DNA from: Trueperaceae bacterium
GTDB taxonomy: Bacteria > Deinococcota > Deinococci > Deinococcales > Trueperaceae
Assembly: GCA_965214405.1 (NCBI GenBank)
Contig: OZ243956.1
Location: 3,104,001-3,168,000, forward strand
DNA: 64,000 nt
Reading direction: 5' to 3'
The notes beneath the pieces were generated by a model. That model was not told the origin of the DNA and made no database searches. It worked only from the letters and a program-made list of their open reading frames with translations. The translations under genes were made by a program, and so were the position numbers. Shown here piece by piece: positions 1 through 8,404 of the stretch. Position 1 is the first letter of the stretch; every line of letters begins with the position of its first letter.

Positions 1-1853
1 TTCATGGTGAGAAAGTAGACCGCGTTCATGCCCTCCGAAGACAAGTAGTTAAGCGCGCCGATGACGCCCTTGCCCTTGCCCCCGCGCCAGGTCGGGTCGC
101 CGGGCTTCCAGTCGCCTACGTGGGCGCTGTAGCTCTTGAGATAATTCGTCCCGCCGCCGTTGGAGGTGCCGTCAAAATCCTTGTATGCGAGGAAATTCTC
201 GGGGCTGTCGGCCCCGCCCTTGAGGAAATAGTCGCCGTTTTGAAAACGCAGGTAGCGCCCGCCGACGGCCTCGAGAAACCCTTTGCTCCTGTTGTCAACC
301 CCGGTTTTGTCGGTCTGAGCCACCGTAAAACTACCTGAGGCTCCGTCAAACGAGGTAGCCTGACCGGCTTTGGCGTCTAGACTCACGGCCACGTCTTTGC
401 CCGTCCGAAACGAGGCGCGGTACGTCCAGGTGCCCGTCTTGTCAGGCGTAAAGTAGACGCGCCACTTGTTGCCGCGCGTCGCGCCCGTTTCCGCGGCGTT
501 GCCGTCGGCGGCAAAAAAGCCGGGGACGCTCACCTTCGCGCCGCTCTGGTGCGTGAAGGTCACGTTGAGGCGGTAGTCACGGAAGGTCGCCGCGTCGCCC
601 TCGCTCCTGTTGGGGCCGTCAAAGGTCACGCTCAGCGGGTGCCACAGCTTGCGTTCGCCGGTCAAGACGCCGCCCCTGGCCCCGCCCTGTTCGCTCCCTT
701 TGCCGTCGACGACCTTGAACCGTAGAGAAAAAGGCGTGCCCGCGGCTCCTTTGGCATTGGCTTGGGCGTAAGGCGTGGCTGTCAGCGTGTAGTCGCCCGC
801 GGCGGGCGTCCAGGCGTCGTAGTCGCCCCCGTCGTCGCCCTTCAAGGCGTAGGGCGCGACGCTCTCGACGTTCTGAACGCTGTTGAGGTTGAAGCGCACG
901 CTGCCGACGTCTGTAGCGTTCGCCCGGATGTTGAGGTTGCGCGTCGGCAGGGCGGCGAGGTCGAGAGTCGCGCCGTCCTTGAGAGGGTCGAAGCCCGCCA
1001 CCGGCGCGTCCGTGTCCGCGTTGATGAGGGTGAACGTCCCCCCCTGGGCGTCACCCCTGTTGCGGACGGTAAAGCTCGAGCTCACCACCTTTTGCCCCCC
1101 GCCCGTCAACACCACCGCGGTGACGGTGTGGCGTCCCTCGCTCAAAGTCTTCGTGTCGAGCGCTCCCGCCGCGCCACTCGGCACCGTGCCCGCAAAATCG
1201 AAAAAGGCGTAACGCTCGGTTTGATAAGGTTGACCCGCCCGCGCGGGGTCGTCGAGGTAATACGTGACCTGTGTTGCGCGCGCTTCGGGTACGAGGTAGA
1301 TGTAGGCGTTGCCGGTCAGCACGGCGTCTGTGAGCGGCTTTCCTTCCAACCGAGACGGGTAAGAAGACGCGAGCAGCGTATTTTGCAAGGTTCCGCCGTT
1401 GTCGACCAAAAAGGTCGCCGTCGCTGCGTAAGATTTGCCGTCCTCTAAGGTAAACGCCGCGGTCACGGTGTGAATCCCGTTTCCCAGCCCCCGCGTGTCG
1501 AGAGGCTTGGCGTCACCCGACGCGCCCGCCAAGTCAAAGGGCGCTTTCGACTCCGTGCGAAACGGGCTACCCGCGCGCGCGGGGTCGTCGATGTAAAAGT
1601 CGACCTTGGCGACGCCGCTCGTCCGGGCGGTAAAGACGTAGATGTTGCCCGTAAAGGTGCCCGTATCGAGCACCCGAGCGTCCGCGCGGTTCGGTGACGT
1701 GCTGACCAACAGGTCGCCGACGACCGCCTGGACCTCGAGCTCCTGCGACGCTTGCGGCTCTTCGCGGCTGCACGCGGCGAAAAGCAGGCTCAGGCCCAAA
1801 ACGAGACGCAAGTAAAAGAGGCTTCTGGACGTCTTATAAGGTTTATTTTTCAT
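1..1853 (-). CDS. Large secreted lipoprotein with repeated Ig-like domains and a DUF5060 domain preceding a putative glycoside-hydrolase-like domain; 3' end runs off the window
   Basis: Manual translation from ATG at 1853: MKNKPYKTSRSLFYLRLVLGLSLLFAAC (lipobox), repeated 'Y(I/L)DDPARAG.P...PFD/PYA' units, then 'WHPLSVTFDGP...DYRLNVTFTH..VPGFFAADGNAAETGAT.GNKWRVYFTPD..GTWTY' and 'YFLKGGADSPENFLAY...GKGVIGALNYLSSEGMNAVYFLTM'. Absent from the ORF track because no stop lies in the window. Confidence 0.8.
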   Translation of the reverse strand, partial: MKNKPYKTSRSLFYLRLVLGLSLLFAACSREEPQASQELEVQAVVGDLLVSTSPNRADARVLDTGTFTGNIYVFTARTSGVAKVDFYIDDPARAGSPFRTESKAPFDLAGASGDAKPLDTRGLGNGIHTVTAAFTLEDGKSYAATATFLVDNGGTLQNTLLASSYPSRLEGKPLTDAVLTGNAYIYLVPEARATQVTYYLDDPARAGQPYQTERYAFFDFAGTVPSGAAGALDTKTLSEGRHTVTAVVLTGGGQKVVSSSFTVRNRGDAQGGTFTLINADTDAPVAGFDPLKDGATLDLAALPTRNLNIRANATDVGSVRFNLNSVQNVESVAPYALKGDDGGDYDAWTPAAGDYTLTATPYAQANAKGAAGTPFSLRFKVVDGKGSEQGGARGGVLTGERKLWHPLSVTFDGPNRSEGDAATFRDYRLNVTFTHQSGAKVSVPGFFAADGNAAETGATRGNKWRVYFTPDKTGTWTYRASFRTGKDVAVSLDAKAGQATSFDGASGSFTVAQTDKTGVDNRSKGFLEAVGGRYLRFQNGDYFLKGGADSPENFLAYKDFDGTSNGGGTNYLKSYSAHVGDWKPGDPTWRGGKGKGVIGALNYLSSEGMNAVYFLTM

Positions 1854-2271
1854 CCCTCTCCCTGTTTCTTCTAACCGTTGATGGTTTATGTGGCGGGGCG
1901 GCCTCCCGACCAACCCTACGGTTGTGCTGAGGAGGCGGTTCGCCTCCAGCCGGTTACAGGTCGTCGCCCCCACCTGACGCGCCGGGAAGAGGTCAGGTTC
2001 AAACCTGCCTGGCGCTTCGCCGCGTCGGGACGCCCTTTCCCCGGCGTCAGCATGGTAAAACGGCTCAATTCACAAAGTGTTAAAAATTCTCACTCGTGCT
2101 CACGGAGGTGCTCAATGGTTCTTTGTCGGCGTGTTGTCAGAGGGGTGCTGGACATAACGTTTGATGTTTAGTAAAAAATTTCACTTTTGTCGATAAGAGC
2201 GTCTGGAGGAAGCACGCCCCGTTTGCGCTCCATGTGTATTTCACTCCTCCCACTCATGTTAAGCTCGAGCC

Positions 2272-3087
2272 GTGACACCCGCCTCCGCCATGACGCGACC
2301 GGCTCGCGTCTCAGAACCTGCGGTCCCGAACACGTGCCCTGAGGGCTTCGTCGTCCTCACGCCCCACTTCTCAGGCTCCTTGGGCGACCTCACGCAGGCG
2401 CTGCGGGCGGGAGCGCTGCTGCCGGAACACCTTGATATTCTGGGCCTCGTCCGCGATTACCTCGGCTACTACCGGCGGGTGGCGGATGGAAACCTGGAAC
2501 TTGCGACCGAAACCTTGCCGGGGATGGCGCGGGTGGTCGAACTCAAAACCAGGCTGCTCCTCCCGCGCCATCCCAAAGTCGAGGACGAGGAGGATGTGGA
2601 GGAGGCGCTCGAGGTGGTGGACCTGCTCGCGGGGCTCGAGGAGGCCATCACCTTTCTTAAAGACCGCCGCGAGGCCCGCCGCACACTTCTACCCGCCCAC
2701 GCGCCCCGCCCCGACCTGCCCCGCCCGGAACGGCCCCTCAGGGTGAGCCTGACCCGGCTCGCCGAACTCGCCGCGCGCCACCGCCCGAGCCACTACTTTG
2801 AACTCGCGGTCGAGCGTCTTACGGTAGCCGCCGCGATGAAAAGGCTTTTGGAAACGCTTACCGGCGTGCGGCGGGGCTTCTTGCGCGACCTGCTCCCGAA
2901 AGCCGACTGGCCAACCCTGGTCACGAGCTTTACGGGGCTGTTGGAACTCGTGAAAGAGGGCGAGGTGCGCGCGGCGCAGCCTGTGGTTTATGGGCCGATC
3001 ATGCTCGAGCTCGTAGCGGCGGAGACGGGAGACGGAGAGGTTGGGGGTGAGGGGATAGAAAATGAAAAGGTGCTCGAGCCCGCCTGA
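2272..3087 (+). CDS. scpA: Segregation/condensation protein A (kleisin)
   Basis: 'FSGSLGDL..AL', 'ELKTRLLLP' and C-terminal 'LVTSFTGLLELVKEGEVRAAQ...YGPI' match ScpA; leaderless-type TAAGCT 6 nt before the GTG. Confidence 0.85.
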   Translation: MTPASAMTRPARVSEPAVPNTCPEGFVVLTPHFSGSLGDLTQALRAGALLPEHLDILGLVRDYLGYYRRVADGNLELATETLPGMARVVELKTRLLLPRHPKVEDEEDVEEALEVVDLLAGLEEAITFLKDRREARRTLLPAHAPRPDLPRPERPLRVSLTRLAELAARHRPSHYFELAVERLTVAAAMKRLLETLTGVRRGFLRDLLPKADWPTLVTSFTGLLELVKEGEVRAAQPVVYGPIMLELVAAETGDGEVGGEGIENEKVLEPA

Positions 3088-3944
3088 GAGCCTGTCTGAG
3101 AAAAGGCCTATCAGCTAAGTTGTAGGTCAAGATAGGTTTGTGAAGAACTATCAGATATACCCAACAGACCTAACTGATAAGCAGTGGCAGTGTGTCAAAG
3201 AACTCATACCCGCAAGAAAGCGAAGGGGACGCCCGAGAGAACTGGATATACGCTTGGTCGTCAACGCTATTATTTACGTTGTTGTAAGCGGGATTCAGTG
3301 GCGCATGTTGCCGCAGGACTACCCTAAGTGGAAGTCGGTGTACCACTACTTCCGACAATGGCGGGACACAAAGGTGTGGCAGAGAATACATGAGCGCTTG
3401 CGAGCGAAAGTGCGTCAGCAAGCAGGACGACATAAACACGCAACAGCAGGCTGTCTGGATTCCCAAAGCGTAAAAACAACAGAACGTTCATCTGAACGCG
3501 GCTTTGACGCAGGCAAGCTTGTCAAAGGCAGAAAGCGACACGTTTTAGTCGATACGATGGGTTTGATCCTGGCTGTGGTGGTGACATCGGCAAACATACA
3601 AGATCGTGATGGTGCTCGCTTAGTTCTGGCTCAGTTGAGTGGAGCTTGTAAAAAGCTGCGCCTCATCTGGGTTGACGGCAGTTACCGCGGGAAGCTGCTT
3701 GATTGGGTGCTTGGTACGTTTCGTTTTAGGTTACAGCCTGTACTACGCCCCAACGGTCACAAAGGCTTTGTACTTTTACCTCGCCGCTGGGTCGTCGAGA
3801 GAACCTTTGCCTGGTTGGGCCGCTGTCGTCGCTTGAGTAAAGACTATGAAGGTTTAGCTGCCAGCTCTGAAGCCTTTATCCACATTGCCATGATTCGCAT
3901 CATGCTCAGGAGGCTGGCCTAAACCCTAATTCTCAGACAGGTTC
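3088..3944 (+). mobile_element. IS5-family insertion sequence (IS1031-like group), 857 bp
   Basis: Terminal IRs GAGCCTGTCTGAGAA (3088-3102) and TTCTCAGACAGGTTC (3930-3944), 14/15 match; 3-bp TGA duplication at 3085-3087 and 3945-3947; lower GC than flanks. Confidence 0.92.
3140..3922 (+). CDS. IS5-family DDE transposase
   Basis: [49 protein letters not shown] and [22 protein letters not shown] motifs. Confidence 0.95.
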   Translation: MKNYQIYPTDLTDKQWQCVKELIPARKRRGRPRELDIRLVVNAIIYVVVSGIQWRMLPQDYPKWKSVYHYFRQWRDTKVWQRIHERLRAKVRQQAGRHKHATAGCLDSQSVKTTERSSERGFDAGKLVKGRKRHVLVDTMGLILAVVVTSANIQDRDGARLVLAQLSGACKKLRLIWVDGSYRGKLLDWVLGTFRFRLQPVLRPNGHKGFVLLPRRWVVERTFAWLGRCRRLSKDYEGLAASSEAFIHIAMIRIMLRRLA

Positions 3945-4013
3945 TGAGTCTTTTGCGCCCCTTACAGACGCCCCCGCGCCCTGGCGTTAGGCTCGCGTAA
4001 GGAGGAACAAAAC

Positions 4014-4685
4014 ATGGCGTCAACCAACCCATCAAACGACGTACCCCCCACCCACGTAAAATTTAGCCAACTCGTCCGCGACGACACGCTGCTCAAACCG
4101 CGCTTGGACGACGGCGTTTTGGTAAGAGACGTCCGCACCGTTCAAGAAGCCTATCTCAAGGCGGTTCAAGAAATTCACAAGGACGTATCCGAAGCCGTCG
4201 GCAACATTCAGGACCCGCTCGAGAGCGACCAGATGGGCGGCCTCCACGGCGAAGCGTCGGGCGAGTTCGACGTGGACGAACTCTTAGAGAACCTCTCCGG
4301 CGAGGCGTTGCAGCTCGAGCCTCAGGGGACGATGCAAGACTTTATCGTCCAAACCATCGACGAAGACGACATCCCCGACCCCTACTTCATCGTCTTTGCC
4401 GAGCGCCGCCCCTTTTACGGCCTTCAGAGCGTGGCGGGGCAAGAGGACAACAACCTGCGCCACTTGGAGGTTCAGCGGGAGATGAAGAGCCTCAAGGAAC
4501 AGATTGACAAAGCTCGAGCGGACGGCGACGAGGTGAGAGCGGAGGAACTGAAAGACATTTTCGAGAGCATGAAGGCGGATTTCCGCTCCGGCGAACCCGC
4601 GCCCTTAACCTCCGCGACCGAACCCAAAACCGCCGAGCGCCAGCAGGACGCGCCGCCCGAAAAGGTGCCGGGCCGCGAATACTGA
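4014..4685 (+). CDS. Hypothetical acidic protein with C-terminal coiled coil
   Basis: 223-aa ORF, strong SD (AAGGAGG) upstream, host-like codon usage; no family recognised. Confidence 0.7.
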   Translation: MASTNPSNDVPPTHVKFSQLVRDDTLLKPRLDDGVLVRDVRTVQEAYLKAVQEIHKDVSEAVGNIQDPLESDQMGGLHGEASGEFDVDELLENLSGEALQLEPQGTMQDFIVQTIDEDDIPDPYFIVFAERRPFYGLQSVAGQEDNNLRHLEVQREMKSLKEQIDKARADGDEVRAEELKDIFESMKADFRSGEPAPLTSATEPKTAERQQDAPPEKVPGREY

Positions 4686-4720
4686 GCATCAAGCGGAGTG
4701 CTGAAAAAGGCTTAACACGC

Positions 4721-4758
4721 AAAATGCCAAGCAGCCTGTAATTGAACTGCTTGGCATT
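4721..4758 (-). terminator. Intrinsic terminator-like hairpin between convergent genes
   Basis: 12-bp stem AATGCCAAGCAG (4723-4734) / CTGCTTGGCATT (4747-4758); short U-run on the minus strand. Confidence 0.55.
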
Positions 4759-4848
4759 GAATTTGCTGAATGACTGCGAAGTGGTCAGAGTACCTTCTAA
4801 TGCTCGTTCCTTCAACGCCGCGCTAAATCAGCAAAAAAGGTATGTGCT

Positions 4849-4980
4849 CTACCGGCTGAACCGGAAAGGATTGGTAACGGGCACATCGTTACTAAACCGG
4901 AAGGGATTAGTAACAGGTGCGTCGGCAAAAGCTGAACCAACAAATGCGACCAAGAGTAGAACAAGAACGACTTTCTTCAT
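4849..4980 (-). CDS. 43-aa secreted precursor: Sec signal peptide plus two tandem 12-mers (DAPVTNPFRFSN / DVPVTNPFRFSR)
   Basis: MKKVVLVLLLVAFVGSAFA signal ending in A-F-A; SD-like AAAGGCGG upstream; six synonymous differences between the two repeats. Confidence 0.8.
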   Translation of the reverse strand: MKKVVLVLLLVAFVGSAFADAPVTNPFRFSNDVPVTNPFRFSR

Positions 4981-5121
4981 GTACTGCCGCCTTTGAAAAT
5001 TCACCAAGCGCCGTTTGCGCTTAAGTGACAAATTGGGCGCGCTGACGCGCTGAGCCAGCATACTGAGTTATGTGCAAAGCTTCTTTAGACATAGACCTCA
5101 GTGTCATCATTCAAATGTTGG

Positions 5122-5436
5122 TTATTCGTTAAACCGGAAGGGGTCGACGGGAAGGCAGTCGCTACCCAAACAGACCCAGATGTAGTAGTGGTCAATTTCA
5201 GCTCCGGAAACGTCTGTAATGTCCTCATGCGTTCCCTCTTGCAGCTCGAACGCTTTTTGCCCGATGATTTCGGCGGGTAGAAGCGCGCTGGCATCCTCAG
5301 CGATTTGGCCCTGGAACATCACATAGACGTCGTTGTTGAAGTCATACTCGGTGGTGCGAAGACTGTTACGGCTGTTACACGCTGCGAGCGTGAACAACAA
5401 CGCTGTGACTACCAAAACCATTCGACTTGCTTTCAT
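5122..5436 (-). CDS. Small lipoprotein with C-terminal CxxxxC-LPVDPFRFNE motif
   Basis: Lipobox LAAC after a hydrophobic stretch; AGGAGG 6 nt before the ATG at 5436 (alternative start 5442). Confidence 0.8.
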   Translation of the reverse strand: MKASRMVLVVTALLFTLAACNSRNSLRTTEYDFNNDVYVMFQGQIAEDASALLPAEIIGQKAFELQEGTHEDITDVSGAEIDHYYIWVCLGSDCLPVDPFRFNE

Positions 5437-5557
5437 CCTCATCCTCCTTGTTAGAGTGCAGACTCACTTCAGCAAATACTCTTTAAGAAAACGATGGGGA
5501 CGTTGCTGTCTTTATGGTAGGTGTAAACCATCTCACAACCCGTGGGAAATTTCACAT

Positions 5558-6484
5558 CTATAGCTCACCGAGCGCTGCGAAAAAGGCTTCGACAACCCTG
5601 GCTGGGTAATGTTGGTCCGCGTAACGCCTGATTTCGCAGACTGCCTGTTCGTGACTCAGCGCCTTGCGGTAGGGGCGGTCCGAGGTCATGGCGTCGTACA
5701 CGTCGGCCACGGCGACGATGTAGGCTTCCGTGAGGATGTCGCCGTTGGCGAGCCCGTGGGGGTAGCCGCTCCCGTCTAGGCGCTCGTGGTGCTGCTCAAT
5801 GATGCGCCCGGCGGGTTTCATGAAGGTGGCCTCGACCATCTCTTTGCCTTTGAGAGGATGCTGTTTGACGATGTCCCACTCTTCGGGGGTCAGCGCGGCG
5901 GGCTTGTTAAGGACAGTGATGGGTATCTCAACTTTTCCTATGTCGTGAACATAAGCGCCGTACTCGAGGTAATGCAGTCGGTCATGGGGTAAGCCTAAAA
6001 GTTTTCCGGTGGAGTAAGAAACAGATTTTATGCGTTGGCAGTGGTTCGCCGTGTACCCGTCCTTTTGCTCTACCTCCTCAGCGAGGCGCATAAGTTCCCC
6101 CAGTTCATCGCTTATATGGTGAAAAAACGGTTGGAGGGTCAGGTAGAGAAACCACGTATCGGTTTCAACTATGAAGATAGTTGGTTGCTCGAGACTTTCG
6201 GCAACTAAATGGTCACCCGGTCCGACTCTAATAGACCCGGTGGGAAGGTCACAGCGTAGTGAACCCACCAGGATAAAGTAAACTTCTGGTGCTGATATAT
6301 TTTTGTCAGGCGGCGGAACAAGAGTGATGCGTTTACCCGCTTTCACATGCGTTTTAACAAGCTCGACGTTACCCCTAGTAAAGAGCAGGTGAACTTCGCC
6401 CGCTTTCGAGCCCGCCGCCTCGAGACTCTCGCCCGCCCTGTAAAGGTTCAACCCTTTGGGAAGTGCTTTTGTGTTTTCTCCCAT
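5558..6484 (-). CDS. Cupin-domain plus HD-GYP cyclic-dinucleotide phosphodiesterase
   Basis: HDIGK, HHERLDGSGYPHGL and ADVYDAMTSDRPYRKA motifs; N-terminal beta-rich cupin-like region (EVYFILVGSL..GPGD); start taken at MGENTK. Confidence 0.9.
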   Translation of the reverse strand: MGENTKALPKGLNLYRAGESLEAAGSKAGEVHLLFTRGNVELVKTHVKAGKRITLVPPPDKNISAPEVYFILVGSLRCDLPTGSIRVGPGDHLVAESLEQPTIFIVETDTWFLYLTLQPFFHHISDELGELMRLAEEVEQKDGYTANHCQRIKSVSYSTGKLLGLPHDRLHYLEYGAYVHDIGKVEIPITVLNKPAALTPEEWDIVKQHPLKGKEMVEATFMKPAGRIIEQHHERLDGSGYPHGLANGDILTEAYIVAVADVYDAMTSDRPYRKALSHEQAVCEIRRYADQHYPARVVEAFFAALGEL

Positions 6485-6638
6485 GCGAGCAGGCCCCCGT
6501 TCTGGCGTTACGGGAACTCTAACAGACTTAGACTGCGGCAACGGGTGTAAAAAACCTCACGTTGGTCAATATTTAACCGAATTTAACCAACGCGAGGTTT
6601 TGTGGCGCGAGATTCCGCAGCATATCCCAATCAAGAGT

Positions 6639-6824
6639 CTAGCGCGCGGGCATAACAACCCAGAGGATGATGTAGGGCAACAGGCCAAACCCAAAGGCCA
6701 AGGAAGCCACGATAAAAGCGAGGCGCACAACCGTCGCGTCGACGCCGAAGTATTCCCCGAGGCCGCCGCAAACGCCTGCAATCCACCGGTTGGTTCGGGA
6801 GCGTAAGAGTTTCTTTTGAGCCAT
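6639..6824 (-). CDS. PspC-domain membrane protein
   Basis: KKLLRSRTNRWIAGVCGGLGEYFGVDATVVRL...YIILWVVMP is the PspC signature. Confidence 0.9.
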   Translation of the reverse strand: MAQKKLLRSRTNRWIAGVCGGLGEYFGVDATVVRLAFIVASLAFGFGLLPYIILWVVMPAR

Positions 6825-7133
6825 ACGCCACTCTAGCAAAAAGTGGGCGTGACGCGGGTGAGGGGGGTGTGGGCTCGAGCGCATAAGAAGCTAGCCAGAA
6901 GACGCACCCCAACGGTGGGGTCGCCCACGTTAAGGGCGTGAGAAAGCGCGTTACACTTGAGTCACCACAATTTAGCCGCTGCACGTGGGTCACGGGGTTA
7001 CGGCTTCAAAGTCGGTGTGTTGGGCAAAGCTCGCAAAAGGGCCGCTACGCCCGGCTAAGGTACAGAACTGTCGAACGCCTTGTGGTGGGTTCCGCCCTTT
7101 TTAGAAGCGGAAGACGCAGCGGGAAGGAGAAAG

Positions 7134-8348
7134 ATGGTGAGAGAAACGAACATGAATAAGAACGTAAAGAAGATGAAGCGTACGGTCCTTCGGGCCGCCG
7201 GGGTTGTGGCAGCGGCGGCGCTCCTCGGTTTACCCGTCGCGGCGCAGACGGACACGCCGAAGCTCGAGCAGGTGGACTCAATTATGACGGCGGCGGGACC
7301 CGTCGCGGTCCAGAATCTGGCGAGCGGCTTGGATCATCCCTGGGGCATGGCGTTTTTGCCCGACGGACGCTTGCTGGTGACCGAGCGGGCGGGGCAGTTG
7401 CGTATCCTCGGCACGGATTATGTGCTTTCGGAGCCGGTCGAGGGCACGCCCGTCGTCTACGCCCAGGGTCAAGGCGGGCTGCTCGACGTGGCGCTTGACC
7501 CGAATTATGAAGAGAGCGGCCTCGTTTACCTGTCGTTCGCCGCGCCGGGACCCGAGGGTAGCGCGGCCACGGCGCTGGGGCGTGGGGAGTTGGTGGAAAA
7601 CGAGGGCGAAACCCCGCGCATCGAAAATTTCGAGGTGCTGTTCACGCAGGAGCCGTGGATTACCGGCCCCAACCACTTCGGCGGAAGAATCGTCTTCTCG
7701 CCCGAGGGCGAGCTGTTCTTGACGATGGGCGAGCGCTTTCAGTTCGACCCGGCGCAAGACCCCTCCAACCACTTAGGCACCATCATCCGCCTCAACCCCG
7801 ACGGCTCGGTGCCCGAGGAGAATCCGTTCGTGGGACAGGAGAACGCGAAACCCGAAATCTGGTCCTACGGTCACCGCAACGTCCAGTCCGCCGCCATCAA
7901 TCCGGATACGGGCGCGCTGTGGGTGGCCGAGATGGGGCCGCTGGGCGGCGACGAACTCAACCTCCCCGAGCCGGGCCAAAACTACGGCTGGCCGGTGGTG
8001 AGCTGGGGCATCAACTACGACGGCACTGAGATTCCCGACCCGCCCACGCACCCCGAGTTTGCCGACGCGGTTATGCACTGGTCGCCGGTCATCTCGCCGT
8101 CGGGCATGACGTTTTATACCGGCGACGTATTTCCCGAGTGGCAGGGGAGCGCGTTTATCGGCAGCCTCTCGGCCCAAGACGTGGTGCGCGTGACGTTCGA
8201 CGGTGAGGGCGCGACCGAGGTGGAGCGTCTCCCCTTAGGCGTCCGCATCCGCGACGTCGAGACGGGGCCGGACGGCTTTTTGTACGTGCTGACCGATGAA
8301 GACGACGGGCACGTGTGGCGAATCAAGCCGCTGCGAGGGGATGGATAA
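7134..8348 (+). CDS. PQQ-dependent aldose sugar dehydrogenase (YliI/Asd family), secreted
   Basis: LDHPWGMAFLPDG, GQGGLLDVALDP, HFGGRIVF, IWSYGHRN, GGDELN and NYGWP motifs; signal peptide; start uncertain (7134/7152/7173). Confidence 0.9.
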   Translation: MVRETNMNKNVKKMKRTVLRAAGVVAAAALLGLPVAAQTDTPKLEQVDSIMTAAGPVAVQNLASGLDHPWGMAFLPDGRLLVTERAGQLRILGTDYVLSEPVEGTPVVYAQGQGGLLDVALDPNYEESGLVYLSFAAPGPEGSAATALGRGELVENEGETPRIENFEVLFTQEPWITGPNHFGGRIVFSPEGELFLTMGERFQFDPAQDPSNHLGTIIRLNPDGSVPEENPFVGQENAKPEIWSYGHRNVQSAAINPDTGALWVAEMGPLGGDELNLPEPGQNYGWPVVSWGINYDGTEIPDPPTHPEFADAVMHWSPVISPSGMTFYTGDVFPEWQGSAFIGSLSAQDVVRVTFDGEGATEVERLPLGVRIRDVETGPDGFLYVLTDEDDGHVWRIKPLRGDG

Positions 8349-8404
8349 CGTTTAAGCTTCTCGTGACGTGACAGCCAATAAAGATGGGTGAGGGGCGCTT
8401 CTGT

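Noticed and set aside
762..1448. 228-aa plus-strand ORF and many similar long shadow ORFs (e.g. 37776-38747, 42554-43417, 55771-56670)
   Set aside because: They are antisense or alternate-frame shadows of well-supported genes in GC-rich DNA, with no recognisable motifs.
4849..4980. RiPP precursor interpretation of the repeat peptide
   Set aside because: No modifying enzyme, peptidase or dedicated exporter is adjacent, and the leader is an ordinary Sec signal; enzymes acting in trans cannot be excluded.
4742..4996. Plus-strand ORF with repeated LNRKGLVTG
   Set aside because: It is the antisense reading of the peptide repeats; signal peptide, SD and the synonymous pattern all favour the minus strand.
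7020..7080. Possible c-di-GMP-I riboswitch (GGCAAA...GCAA...CGGCTAAGG) near the HD-GYP gene
   Set aside because: Only fragments of the consensus are present; the GACGCAAA junction and a convincing P1 closing strand are missing.
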